From the NCBI GenBank assembly GCA_022813865.1, contig JALDZX010000029.1, positions 186,001-250,000 of the forward strand: DNA of 64,000 nt, given 5' to 3'. Positions 50,642-62,799 of the stretch are shown here, one piece after another. Positions within the stretch are counted from its first letter, which is position 1. Each line of letters starts with the position of its first letter. This DNA is from Xylographa opegraphella (lineage: Eukaryota). The notes beneath the pieces were generated by a model. That model searched no databases. It was not told the origin of the DNA and saw nothing but the letters and a program-made list of their open reading frames with translations. Made by a program: the position numbers and the translations under genes.

Positions 50642-51850
50642 ATGTCTTTCCTGTTGACTATATCCTGCTTGTGTTTAGTACCAGTCCTGGTAACAGTTGC
50701 TACTACTACTTTCTTGCACAACAATGACATCTCGCTCTCTACGAAGGGTTGCAGAAGATTGGGAATTCATCTGGTGGAGCATGTGCAGATCTCCATGCCA
50801 AAGCGTCCCGATTTTCTTCAATCAAGGGTCAAACGCTTATGGATTTTCCCCGTCAAAAGTTGTAGAGGCGTTGAGCTCGACACGGCGGATATCGTTAGCA
50901 CAGGAATGAAATATGACCGCCAATTCTCTTTCGCTCAGATGGAAACCGATACCCAGAAGTGGAGGTTTCTTTCCCAACGTCACAATCCATTACTTGCACA
51001 TATTAGAACTGAGCTGTGGGTTCCAGATTCATCATTGCGATCATATTCTCCGTCCCTTCCGGGTGTTCAGAGTGATGGAGTCATCATCATGTCTTATCCA
51101 CGGCAGTCAAATGGTCTGGATGCGGTGATAGACCGATTGTATGCAGCTTTCACAGGAAGCCGTCTGGAAAAAAAAGTCGCAATTCCCTTCAATCCAACCT
51201 CCGCGCAGATCAAGAACAACGGTTACAAGATGGAACGGATGACAATCTGGAAAGACCACCCAATGGCGTTGAACCTGAGCTCGTCCTTCTCCGTCGAACT
51301 CCAAGAGCTCCAAGCCTTACTCAACGTGAATCGACCACTCGCACTCTTCCGTGTAGCCAACGAGCACGAACGAGAAGTCTTTCGTGATGCACCGCGGGAG
51401 GGGCAGGTCGGCTACCAACCATTGGTGGGTTTTGCAGATGCATATCCCCTCCACACCATGAACGTCGCCAGTGTAGAAGACGTCCGGAATAGGCTCGCCG
51501 ACACGATACCGGACCTTGGAGTTCTCCGCTTCCGCCCCAACATTGTGATCGAGGGCCCGGCCGCGTTCGACGAAGACGCATGGAAGTACGTGCGGATCGG
51601 GAAGTTCGAGTACTACGTGGCGTGCCGGACCGCTCGTTGCCTGCTGCCTAACGTGCATCCAACGAGTGGGGTGAAACACCCGGCCGAGCCGGATAGGACG
51701 TTGAAGAGCTATCGAAGGATAGATGCAGGGTCGCCCAAGGACGCTTGCCTCGGCATGCAGATGGTTCCTGCCTCACCCATCTGCAGCATCCGAGTGGGAG
51801 ATGACATCGAAGTTCTGCGAACTGGCGAGCATATCTACGCGCCTCAATGA
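50642..51850 (+). CDS. MOSC-domain (mARC-like) protein with N-terminal membrane anchor
   Basis: Motifs LWIFPVKSCRG, YDRQFSFA, GFADAYPL, RFRPNIVI, FDEDAWK, CRTARC and IRVGD. Confidence 0.9.
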   Translation: MSFLLTISCLCLVPVLVTVATTTFLHNNDISLSTKGCRRLGIHLVEHVQISMPKRPDFLQSRVKRLWIFPVKSCRGVELDTADIVSTGMKYDRQFSFAQMETDTQKWRFLSQRHNPLLAHIRTELWVPDSSLRSYSPSLPGVQSDGVIIMSYPRQSNGLDAVIDRLYAAFTGSRLEKKVAIPFNPTSAQIKNNGYKMERMTIWKDHPMALNLSSSFSVELQELQALLNVNRPLALFRVANEHEREVFRDAPREGQVGYQPLVGFADAYPLHTMNVASVEDVRNRLADTIPDLGVLRFRPNIVIEGPAAFDEDAWKYVRIGKFEYYVACRTARCLLPNVHPTSGVKHPAEPDRTLKSYRRIDAGSPKDACLGMQMVPASPICSIRVGDDIEVLRTGEHIYAPQ

Positions 51851-53154
51851 CCTGTGTAATGTCTACGGTTGCTTTAACAGGATGAGAGCATCGCATAGAT
51901 CACTTTCTTCGACTTTGGATGATTTCAGCCGTTGACTTTGGGGTCCTTTGGCGCCGCCATATTCTCGGAAGCCACCGTCAACACGACGATATCTCCATGA
52001 CTGGTGTATGATTAAGGACTGAAGTTCTAGTTAAAACAGGACAGCATAGCACCAGTAATTACTACGATGCACGCTGGTTGATGATTAAACATCAGTTTCT
52101 AGAGTAGAGACAATACCAGGCTGCTGCAAACCACATGATCCGGCTTCCGATGCACGAGTTCTGTACCCTGCTTACATCTTTGTTGTTGATCGGTTGGGTC
52201 AAGTGCGCACGTGACTATCCCAACCCTGACCTATCTGAGGTGCATGGACGTTGAACACGTTGTGCTTGCGACCCATTGCTTTGCTCATCGGTTGGGTACA
52301 GAGTATGGAGGAGTAGGAGGCATCCCACCTGAAAGCTGATGCCATGTGTCAGAGAGGGGTCATGATAAGTATGAGGATGAGCTCGCCGTTCTGTTGGGGC
52401 ATGTGAAGCACCCCCGCGTTGGTGTACCTTTCCTGGTGAGTCTGGAGAGCTCACGAAGCAAGCTCATCCCTGGCCGTAGAGTTGATCATTCGACCCCACT
52501 CAATTATTGCACATGAGAAGAGGCTGAATGACGAGTTCGCCAGGCCAAGATGGCCAGTGGCGTCATAGTCTCTACGTAGTTTAGCGCCAACTTCTGACAG
52601 CCTTCCGACGTTGGGGACTTTAGCGCCGATGGCGGGTAGATAAGCATAGGGCTGTGTAGTGCACCAGGACCTTTCTGCAATCCCAACACCGCAACCACAG
52701 TGTCAAATACCTCTAACAAGGGCGGAGATGAAGGTGACTGGTGTTGGATTGGTCAATTGCAGAACCCTACGATCATTTCAACCGACGAAATCTGTTTCTC
52801 GTTCATGAAACGGTGCCTGAAGATCTGCTGACTAAGAACCTTAAACGGTGGCCACGCCAGGGACCAATATATTTTTTTGTTGGGGCAGGATCATCGCCAG
52901 AATTGTTGGGCGGGAAATGGACGACGCAATGACAATCTCTCCGCACCAGACACCTCGGCTTCGCCTCCAGCCAAGACGACACATTGCAGCCAAGCCAAGC
53001 CTGTGCTAAGTTCTTTAGTCTTCGCGTGGCACCGGTGCATCACGGCACCATTCCTCACCACCCTTCATATACCCGTCCGCACCTTTCGACTCTTCTTCCC
53101 TTTCATCCTCCATACCTCCCCATCTCCACCATTCCCCACCCCCCATTTCTCATC

Positions 53155-54652
53155 ATGCCTTCCAACCAACCAGCAGCTGGCATGCTGGCTATCAAGCCCG
53201 AATACCTCTCATCACAGCCGTCTCCCATGGCAAAGCAGTCGGAGCCAAACCGAAACAAGTCGTACGATCCCAAAAAGCAGCACATCACAGACACCCCGAT
53301 CACGAAAGCCAATTGGTACAAGCATGTCAACTGGCTCAACGTGACACTGATAGTTGGCATACCCCTCTACGGTGTCATCCAGGCGTGGTGGGTGCCCTTG
53401 TACTGGCAGACGGCTCTCTTTGCCGTGGCCTACTACTTCATGAGTGGTCTAGGAATCACAGCTGGTAAGTCCTCTTATGTGTCCTTGTCTTTTCCTCTGT
53501 ACTCACTCTCGATAAGGCTATCATCGTCTGTGGGCACACACTTCCTATTCGGCAACGTTGCCGCTTCGAATCTTTCTAGCTGCCGTAGGTGGAGCGGCAG
53601 TGGAAGGCTCAGTAAGATGGTGGGCAAGGGATCACCGAGCACATCATCGTTACACCGATACCGAAAAGGACCCATACTCTGTTCGCAAAGGCCTTCTCTA
53701 CTCTCACTTCGGTTGGATGTTGATGAAGCAAAACCCAAAACGAATTGGACGGACTGACATCTCCGACTTGAACGAGGATCCCGTGGTCATCTGGCAACAC
53801 AAGAACTATCTCAAAGTCGTCTTATTCATGGGACTCATCTTTCCTATGCTCGTGACCGGGCTTCTATGGGGTGATTGGTTCGGAGGTTTTGTGTATGCTG
53901 GAATTCTTCGCATCTTCTTCGTTCAACAAGCCACGTTCTGCGTCAATTCACTGGCTCACTGGCTCGGTGATCAGCCATTTGACGACCGCAATTCGCCGCG
54001 AGATCACGTCATTACTGCTTTGGTCACTCTCGGCGAAGGATACCACAACTTCCATCATGAGTTCCCGTCCGATTACCGTAATGCGATCGAATGGCATCAG
54101 TATGATCCTACGAAGTGGTCCATTTGGATTTGGAAGCAGCTCGGCCTCGCCTACGACCTGAAGCAATTCAAATCCAACGAAATCGAAAAAGGTCGGCTTC
54201 AGCAACAGCAGAAAAAGCTAGACCAAAAGCGCTCCAAGCTCGACTGGGGTGTTCCTCTTGATGCCCTGCCAGTCATGGAATGGGAAGACTATGTGGACCA
54301 AGCCAAGAACGGTCGAGGTCTTATCGCTGTTGCCGGTGTTGTCCATGACGTGACAGACTTTATCAAAGAGCATCCTGGTGGAAAAGCTATGATCGGTTCT
54401 GGTGTTGGAAAAGATGCTACTGCCATGTTCAATGGCGGTGTGTACATGCACAGCAACGCTGCACACAATTTGCTTAGCACGATGCGTGTCGGTGTCATCC
54501 GTGGTGGATGCGAAGTTGAGATATGGAAGAGGGCGCAACGAGAAAACAAGGATGTTGAGTATGTCAAGGATGACCAAGGACAGAGGATCATCAGAGCTGG
54601 CAACCAAGTCACGAAGATCCAGCAACCGATCGCTACCGCTGGCGCTGCGTAA
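53155..54652 (+). CDS. OLE1: Acyl-CoA delta-9 desaturase with fused cytochrome b5 domain
   Basis: [31 protein letters not shown] and b5 motif HPGG. Intron 53465-53516. Confidence 0.97.
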
Positions 54653-55684
54653 GCTGACTATCACAACGCCTCGACGGCTGATTTTGCTACGACGATGCAA
54701 TGCCTATTCATGTTAATAGTATGCACAAACACTGATATTCGAATCTCAATGCTAGCCTGCGAGGCGTTTGGGGGACATGGACTGGGCGGCTTGAAGACAG
54801 ACTTTTTGTTCTCGTCCCTCGCTCAAGGATGAACTTTGATGTGATACTCTCATAGACCGAGTGATTATCACGATAGATTAGACACGGTCATCGATGGGCC
54901 AGTGCAGATGCTGAGTTGGTAATGATAAATTTCAAAGATTGTGCAACGCTTCATTGCTGTGTGGTGGATCATGAACCAATTAGGATTACGCACATATATA
55001 CCGCGCATGATGATAACCACGGCCTCTCCGCCATACTGCGTCCTTCTTCCCACCTGCCAACTATTAAGCCTGGTCCTTTTGCCATTGATTCCTCTGCAAC
55101 AGCGTTGTCTCCCTCCCCTACCGTACTTCCCGTCCCCGTCGCCCATAAGGCAAAGCACTATCCACCACCATCATTTCCCAACCCTACCCTTCCCCCTCCC
55201 CAAAAATATATAAAACAAAACAAAGCCCACCGTGATGGATCTTTTCACCCAGCAGATTGGGATCAGCAAGCCGTCGCTCCCCGCGCTGCGGGTCTGCGCT
55301 CGTGGCTCCGCCCCGGGCGGTGGACGTAGATATGCATGGGCAGGGCGCTGGTGTTTGGGATGTTAGGCGGTGGGGAGGGGGGAGTGAGGGGGTCTGGCGA
55401 GCGGGCTGTAGTGGTTGGGCTGGAAGTATGTATGGGGGAGGGCGAAGAGGGTGGAAGGGGGCGGGCTGCCGGGGGGGTGGGATTGGCAGGTGGGTGCGTG
55501 TCGAGTCGGCAGGACGAGTGCAAGGCACACACACCAAGACCTCGCTCTGCGGTCGGGCTGGAAGACTTTTCTCTCCTAAACCCTCTTTTGCCGTTCCTGC
55601 GCCCGCTCGGCCGGGGGGGGTGGTTCCGAGTCCTTCGTCCAGTTCAGGAATTACCTCCTTTCAAACTCGCCCTTCCACCCTCAC

Positions 55685-56638
55685 TCATATTTCCGCGGGC
55701 TCGCCCTGCCCGCGCGGCCACTTGACCATCCTCTCCACCTTCCTCCGCAGCGCCCTATTCTCCTCCCCGACCTCGACGCCCGAGCCCAGCCGCAGCACGC
55801 TGGGGTACTTGACGTCAAGCACGAACGTCTTCAGGCCGCGCACGCGGCCCACCTCCTGCAGCCAGCAGGCCTCGTACTCGACGCCGGGCATCCACAGCCG
55901 CACGAGGAGGTCGAGCGCCTCCAGGCCCGTCAGCCGCACGGCGACGATGTTCCACACCCGCGCCCACGTCTCGTGGTCGTACGGCCGCTGGAAGCCCGGC
56001 GCCGCCGGCACGGGCACGAAGGGCATGTCCCATTCGATGAAGAGGTACCGGATCAGGCCGAGGTGCTGCGGGCGCACGCACTGGTTGAAGTAGACCAGCG
56101 CGTCCAGGTGATGCATGGCGAAGGTGTTGGTGCGGTACACCAGCGGGTGCGCTTCCTGGTAGACGGTGCGGCACGTGCGCAAGATCTCCAGGTCCAGGTG
56201 GTCCGTGTCGATGCAGCAGGAAAAGGGGGGGTTCTCCTTGGCCGAGCGTCGGGTGTGCTGGTTGGGGGCCCAGCAGGAGGGGTAGAGGCTTTGGGTGTGC
56301 GCAAGCCGCTTCGGCCGCGTGGTGATGTGGAGGATGTAGCGGTCGGCGAAGAGGTGGCTGTATATCTGGCGGCGAACGGAGTACGGCAAGCGGAGCAGCG
56401 GCGAGGCGGGAAGGTCGTCGCGCGGGAGGGCGTCGGTGGAGGGGTGGAAGCGACGAGAGTATGGAAGCTGCGGAGGCCTGTTGGCATTCCGGGCACGACG
56501 CATCTGCTCCTCGTTGGTGGACTTGGGGCGAAGGCAGCGGTAAGCTCCATGGGCGCACAGGATCGGAAGCCAGACCGGCGTCAACGGGAGTGCGATGGCA
56601 ATGAACACCCAGTCCGGCACCGTGTAGGAACGTACCAT
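55685..56638 (-). CDS. Hypothetical fungal protein with an F-box-like LLRLPxxVRxQIY motif (DUF7730-like)
   Basis: GC-rich intronless ORF from the ATG at 56638. Motifs SPLLRLPYSVRRQIY and ILRTCRTVYQEAHPLVYRTNTF. Confidence 0.75.
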   Translation of the reverse strand: MVRSYTVPDWVFIAIALPLTPVWLPILCAHGAYRCLRPKSTNEEQMRRARNANRPPQLPYSRRFHPSTDALPRDDLPASPLLRLPYSVRRQIYSHLFADRYILHITTRPKRLAHTQSLYPSCWAPNQHTRRSAKENPPFSCCIDTDHLDLEILRTCRTVYQEAHPLVYRTNTFAMHHLDALVYFNQCVRPQHLGLIRYLFIEWDMPFVPVPAAPGFQRPYDHETWARVWNIVAVRLTGLEALDLLVRLWMPGVEYEACWLQEVGRVRGLKTFVLDVKYPSVLRLGSGVEVGEENRALRRKVERMVKWPRGQGEPAEI

Positions 56639-57952
56639 CGCGCTAGCGACAGGCTGTAGAGCTTGATTGGAAGGTAGTATGTCAGGAGAAAAAGCCTGGG
56701 GAGGAGCCCAGGCGAAGTAATCGTAGGTGAAGAAGTCTCTAAGGACAAGGTGTAGATGACGAAGTTTATAAAGACAAGGCTGCGGCGTTGAGCTCAAGAG
56801 GGTGATGACGAAGCGTCAGTCAATGGCGGTGAATGGAAGTGAAGGACCATAAACTGAATCGAATAGTATATCAATTGGAAAGATCACATGGTCGAACGAT
56901 TCCTCAACGGTAGTGATTATCTCGGAACCACAAGTCCGATTCATATCGGGAAAAAATACACGGCAAGTGAATAGAATGAAGAAGGCCAGGCTACCAAGCC
57001 AGGCTAGGCCACAGCTACAGAGAAATGTTGATCAACGTCGCGAGCCTGACTCAAGGTTATTGAGACGCCAGAGGCAACTGACGGTTGGCCTGTTGAAGGA
57101 CGTCTAGCCAGCCTGTGGGATGCCCATCGTGATGCTAGAACTCCGCAGAACCACTTTTTAAAACACCTTGTGAATTCAGATCCGTGAGGGGGAAGGAGTG
57201 GAAGGCGCTACAGTTGCCGTGATGCTTGCTTCCTGTATATAAGCAGGACTTACTTCCAAGGCTGCGCTCACATCAAGTAAACTTTGGATCTAAGCGAGAA
57301 TGATGCAACGGATGAATGTTCTACCATTCGCCGATAATAGAGGAGGGATATTCACTGCATAGCTCTATGGTGAGCATGCTATCAAGTCGAGTGGTGTTTC
57401 TTACCGTCGACCGTGGTCGGATTGTGCATACGAGACTTGAAGATCGCTATACCATTGCTTGTCTTAGATCGTGGCCCCAATCTGGACTGTCATTCCTCAA
57501 AACTGTTGCATGTCACACCCTCTGTAGCTTTCTGACGTCTGACTTTTATTTTCATTCCTAACTGTATCAACTGGCTTTCTGAGTACTGGTTGGGTGATTT
57601 GCCATTATAACACTACTACTTTTAAAGAACCTCAGTACGGAGTAGTAGTCACAACGCCTCGAACATTTATCTTCAAGCTAACGTTATTAAGTATTGATTG
57701 AGAACACCAGTCTTATATGAGACTCGCCCTTCTTCTGCAACCGTAATAGTTCAGTACAGAACCACTAGGCGAAGTAGCGGTGAAGGACCGAGTCATAAAT
57801 CGATTCAAGTGTGCCGAGTGCTTGAAGGTTGATCAACGATGCCAGTACGGCGCCGCTATGCTCATGTGCACAAACCCTCAAATTCCAGAGAGTGCTATTC
57901 CACAGAAAAGAACATCATGGTAACTCCAGGGTGACGAAGACTCGACATGCCC

Positions 57953-58879
57953 TCACGCTTTTCCACTGCTCGAGAGCTTTGCATGCAGCCTCCCGAACAT
58001 ATCCAGTCCCATTACGACAGCTGTGTATTGTCAACAACACATTCTGCGTCTTAGGGTTTCCTTATTGATATCATCAGAGTAGGGGGACACTTACATAGTA
58101 TTAAATACGGCGCATAGAGCCCACCCAGATCCAGCTTCACCTTCGACTTCACGTTCCAGCTCATGAAATCGACGATGCAGGTAAGCGTGGTCATGGCGGT
58201 CTGTACAGAGTATACGAGCAGATGCACAGGGACCATTGGATCATCTATTGCACGGACGGTTAGACTCAACTGAATCTGGTATGACTTCTATGATCCATCA
58301 ACTACCGAGAAGGCATTACAACAAGATACCACTCCTGGAATATTATATGCTCTACACAGGTTTCATTCTTGCAAAAATACACAGTAGAGTAGACAGCTAT
58401 GAAAGAAATTGACACGCTAAATTACAGTCAGCAAAAAAAGAAGAGCTACACTCACTCCGCATCAACGCTCCCACGGCCCAGATACTCAACGGCAGATGAT
58501 AACAAGCCTCCATCCACACAAAGGCATCGAACCACGCTGGGGGCGCGGTGAAGAACTGGTCCTGGTACGTGGTAATGTACCATGTGCGCAGGGTGGTCAA
58601 GAACTGTGGTTTCAAAGCCGGAGGGTAGAGGGGTACGAGGTCAACCACTGAATCGTATCAGCTTGTAGCGACTTCGGCGAAAGACATGAACCATAAGCGC
58701 AAGACAAACAAAGAACACTGAGGAGGATACGAGGGATGCAAGGGACGCGTACAGAGCATGGCAATGATGTGGATGGTAAAAAATGAAAGGTAGACAAGGT
58801 CGAATTTCCGGTTCCATATGCTTGGAGAGGAAGAGCGCGGTGCTGTCGTGGAGATCGATGCTTTCGAGTTGGAAGACAT
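57953..58879 (-). CDS. EXPERA-domain (TMEM97-like) membrane protein
   Basis: Four exons giving DLVYLSFFTIHI..LVDLVPLYP..WYITTYQDQFF..PAWF..MEACYHLP..YSVQTAMTTLTC..LYAPYL..GLDMFGRL. Confidence 0.85.
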
Positions 58880-59924
58880 CGTTATGCCTGCGAACCGGGC
58901 AGAGTTGATCGAACTGTGTATAGCTAGACCAATTAAACGTGCATCTATCTCAATGGAGCACATATACTGGTGGGCGCGTCTGTGGAGTTTGGAGAAGGCA
59001 GCTCACTCGACGCGCTCCCGAGGCTGCCGCTTTAAGGGCGACCGGGGTGATACATACAGCATGCCCTAGTATGGATAATGCGTATCCCTACACCGATCTG
59101 AATACATTTCGGGGGCTAGGTTCGTCAATGCTTACTTACGGTAATCATCGACGTCTTCGTGAGCGATTACTGCAAAGGTATTCATTGTGGTAAGCTCATA
59201 TCAACTGACCAGAGGACCATGGAACATCCTCCGTTCAAACCCGAATTTATCAATGGGGTTTCTAGTCCGATTTCTTCAAAAGGTCCCAAGTGCTGTGGGA
59301 AGAAAGACAGGAGCTCGCCATGGAGCATGGTGAGTCAAAGTCCATGGTGTGGAGATGTTCCGAAGGCCGCGAATCTTGTAACGCGGAGGTCGACCAGAAC
59401 AGAACCTGCCCATGACAAGTCACGGCTGCTCATAGACGTCGGCTCTGGGGCCCAAGACTGTGATGAGTAGGGTCTGGATATGGACCGGGAAACGAGAGGA
59501 TCACAAAGAAACCTAAAATTTGGTGACATTATACCGGATGTCATATCCATCAGCACTCCCTTGTTGATTAGAAGGTTATGAGGCCTGGTGTCAAGCCGTA
59601 GGATGACCTTTTCACCTCAAACCTGGTCAAGGTCGTGAGTTAGGCGAGAATAAGATTTCCAGTCGAGGAATGCTTGAACTGGCTACATAACACAAGTATA
59701 CTATATGTTTGTAGGCGCAACAATCTCCACAGAATGACAGAATCGTTTGTTAAAGTGGAGCTCATGGCAATGCTCAGCATCCTACAAAATTCGACAACGA
59801 GCCATTTTTGGGGCCTCACGGAGCTCTCTGGCCATGCAAGCCATGCACAAACGCCGCTCCATATGTACTGCACCAACGCCGGCCCAATGTTGAAACAGAC
59901 CAGCCATGTAGAGCCCAACCCTGA

Positions 59925-60449
59925 TCACAAGCTCATCCGATCCAAGCTGGCCCGGTCGTTACTCCTTTCTCTTGTCACCATCCCTAACCTATAGAACCTC
60001 TCTTCGCCCTGCGCCGTTCTTCCACCAATGAACCACTTCTCCCCGCCTAATGCATCCCTAAAGCCTCCCTCACTACTGCTATCGCTGCCTCTCCGATTCC
60101 TGCTGGCAAATCCGGCGCCGGTGGTCAGTGGGGTAGCAGCGTTCCGGGACACGCCAGAAGTAGACGGGTGCCGGGCGTGGTGGGTATGTGTGGTATTCGT
60201 TGGCGAGAAAGCGGCCTGCACAGCGGCGCTGGTCAGTCCAGCGGGTGTTTTGGTAGCAATTGCTCGAGCCGCTGAGGCAGCTGTTGTCTGCGAGGTGGGC
60301 GACGTTGGCGAGGAGATGTGGGCGGTCTGCGATGTGAGGCTTGCTGTCGTGGTTGAAACGGAGGCTGTAGCTGCATTCGATTTCTGGATGGCGGAATGAG
60401 CTCTGAAGGCGGCGAGGAAATTGGAGAAAAAAGGACGATTGGTAGGCAT
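59925..60449 (-). CDS. Conserved-looking fungal hypothetical protein (about 174 aa)
   Basis: MPTNRPFFSNFLAAFRAH, a Ser/Thr/Ala-rich linker, then RRGSDSSSEGGF...EKWFIGGRT..GEERFYRLG..SLDRMSL. Confidence 0.75.
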   Translation of the reverse strand: MPTNRPFFSNFLAAFRAHSAIQKSNAATASVSTTTASLTSQTAHISSPTSPTSQTTAASAARAIATKTPAGLTSAAVQAAFSPTNTTHTHHARHPSTSGVSRNAATPLTTGAGFASRNRRGSDSSSEGGFRDALGGEKWFIGGRTAQGEERFYRLGMVTRERSNDRASLDRMSL

Positions 60450-61200
60450 TGCGCTGGTGATCCTCAATGGTGGCTCACTCCAATCCGATGTTTGCTATAA
60501 CTTGAAGCTGGTGAGATTGCTCTGTCAACTGGTGGAAGAGGAGCAGCACAAGAGCATATGGGCTTGCACAAGGACCACGGCAATCAATACCGGCGAGAAG
60601 CAGAAGCTCCCCGGGAAGATGAATTTGTTTTAGTCAAGCGTTATTCCGGCTGTTGCATTTCATGTCCTGTATCTGCGGGGAAGAGTGACAGAAGAATGAT
60701 GCAGTCCACCAACTTCGGGCCGACTCCTGGCAGCAAGCCACGCTTCTGAGGAAGTCTTGGAGAAGCACGGTAGCGTCCTTTGTCACCCTGGTTCTGAGAA
60801 GTGACTGGTACTTGGGTCCGTGGTGATCTCCTCAGATATGGTACAGGAGCTAGAGAGCGATTTTGGGTTTGTGGTAGCTGTGTGGGGGAATGGGAGAAAG
60901 GCTTTTCTGTTGCTGGTTGTGTGACTCTCGTCGTTGGAGTGCAACGTTTGTTCCGAGATCTCCCGCGTTTCTTGATGACCGCATTTGCAAAAAAGCGCCG
61001 TTCACCCGGCAAGTCCACCCGAGCTCTGGGACGGTTGTGATTGGCTGAGAAGAGCCTTTTCCGTTCGAGGCCTAGCGGTCGTGGAGCTGCAACATTGACT
61101 TCGGCACGCCCTGCAACAGGTCTGTCTGGATTGAGCAGTAACTTCAACGGAACTCAACCTACCTATCCAACTTCTATAGTTGAACTGACAGCCTCTCACC

Positions 61201-61843
61201 ATGGTCAGTGTGCATTCTAATACTGGTCTTTGCGCCGAACATACAGTGTACTGACCGTCTGTTAGGGTCTATCAGGACAGCACGGCGCGCAGACTTGGAC
61301 GCAGAGGCCCGATTACAAGACCTACAAATCCCCCTATGGTCCAGGGTACGAGCGTTAATACGTAAAGTCTCATTGATAACCATACTGATATTACGACCTT
61401 CAGATACACCATCAATAAGAACTTCCATGGCATAGATCTTCGTCGCGCCACCAAGTTGTACGTCACATATTCTCTATAGATATCCGGCGTAAAGAGAAAC
61501 GAGTGCGGACGATATAGAGTGAAAGGATTACTTGCGAGACTATAATGCTGATGGAATCAAATCTCATAGTGGAATAACAGCCGGCTCTTTCGGTGCTGTA
61601 GCTGGGATCTTTGCCCTGTTCTTCTTCTCCGACGTCCCGAAAGTGAGGAAGGATATAATGCAGGTTCGTGTACTCCGATTGTCTCATCGCTTGTACCATA
61701 TTGATGACTTACACCCGCCGCAGAAGATACCGATCATTGGAGATCAGTTCGACAAGACGGTCCCGCCGTCGGATAACGTATGCGTACCCTTTATGAACGT
61801 TCCGGTGAAAATATATCAGCTGACTTTAGTGTAGCCATTCTAA
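61201..61843 (+). CDS. QCR10: Cytochrome bc1 complex subunit 10
   Basis: Six small exons (first is ATG only, last is CCA TTC TAA). Product includes YKSPYGP..FHG..AGSFGAVAGIFALFFFSDVPKVRKDIMQKIPIIG..VPPSDNPF. Confidence 0.88.
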
Positions 61844-62306
61844 ATGTGCCCCTTGATCGCTGTTACGGCAATAGATGGCTCCTGTACTATAAGCGTGTTG
61901 CCTTTATGCATATAGAAATTCTGGATGAGTACCCGTCTACATTATTCATAGTGCGATTATGACATATGTGATTCTATGCCTGACGTGCGGCTTACGCCTT
62001 CACTCGTTGCTTGTTCACCTGCATCTACAAATACTTTACCCGCCTCGTAGTCTCCTAGGTTTTCGAGATCACAGACTTTGCTCGGCATGAGTTACCGTTC
62101 AATTTCCTTCCCCGGGACTTGATTCAGCATCAGCAATTCCCCCATAATCGTCAAGCGATGGCTGTCTTCCGTTTTCCTCCTGGTATGGTCATCAACGGAG
62201 CTCGAATATACTTCAAGAAAAGGCAGAAGGAAGGGTCGGAATTCAAGCGTACGGCGAACAAGGCTGAACTTTTAGTAGCCAGCCAAGTTCGGCTGGCCCG
62301 TTCAAT

Positions 62307-62368
62307 ACGGAACAACAGTCCCTTGTTATACGAAATAACGGAACAACAGTCCCTTGTTATACGAAATA
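62307..62368. repeat. 31-bp perfect tandem duplication
   Basis: ACGGAACAACAGTCCCTTGTTATACGAAATA at 62307-62337 and 62338-62368. Confidence 0.95.
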
Positions 62369-62799
62369 CAGGGAGTATGGGCGGCTACATATGGAGCACT
62401 GCTATCAAAGTCCGATCATTGAAAGCCATGGAACCTATCTTGCATGATTGGTGTCGAATGTGCAGCCAGTGATTTATCGGGCAACCTGAACATGTTATTC
62501 GATCTCACATTGCGTTCCCACTTTGTAGACTGTCCCTCCAAACGAACACGAAGCCCGATCAAGAGAGATATAAAATTCCATAAAAACATCACGCACGCGA
62601 GGATAGTGTACAAACTGCTGTCCAGCCACGCCCTCAACGACGTCTATCCGTTTTACTCTCAGCTGTATACGTCGGTCTCTAAAATGAATCAACTTCCGAT
62701 CCCTTCCCACCACAAACGCCAAGGAATGGTGTGAACCCAGATCATTGCGAACCCGTACAATAGCCCCTGTGCAGCAACCCAGAGCATGCCAAGAAATAA

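Noticed and set aside
52984..53154. In-frame non-AUG N-terminal extension of OLE1
   Set aside because: A pyrimidine-rich 5' leader lacks stops by composition, and the ATG at 53155 has good context.
55257..56659. Long overlapping ORFs in other frames or strands
   Set aside because: Shadow ORFs expected in GC-rich sequence.
58247..58454. Stwintron (nested intron)
   Set aside because: Excising the putative internal intron does not regenerate a donor for the remainder.
62307..62368. CRISPR-like repeat
   Set aside because: Only two directly adjacent copies with no spacer, in a eukaryotic context with no cas genes.
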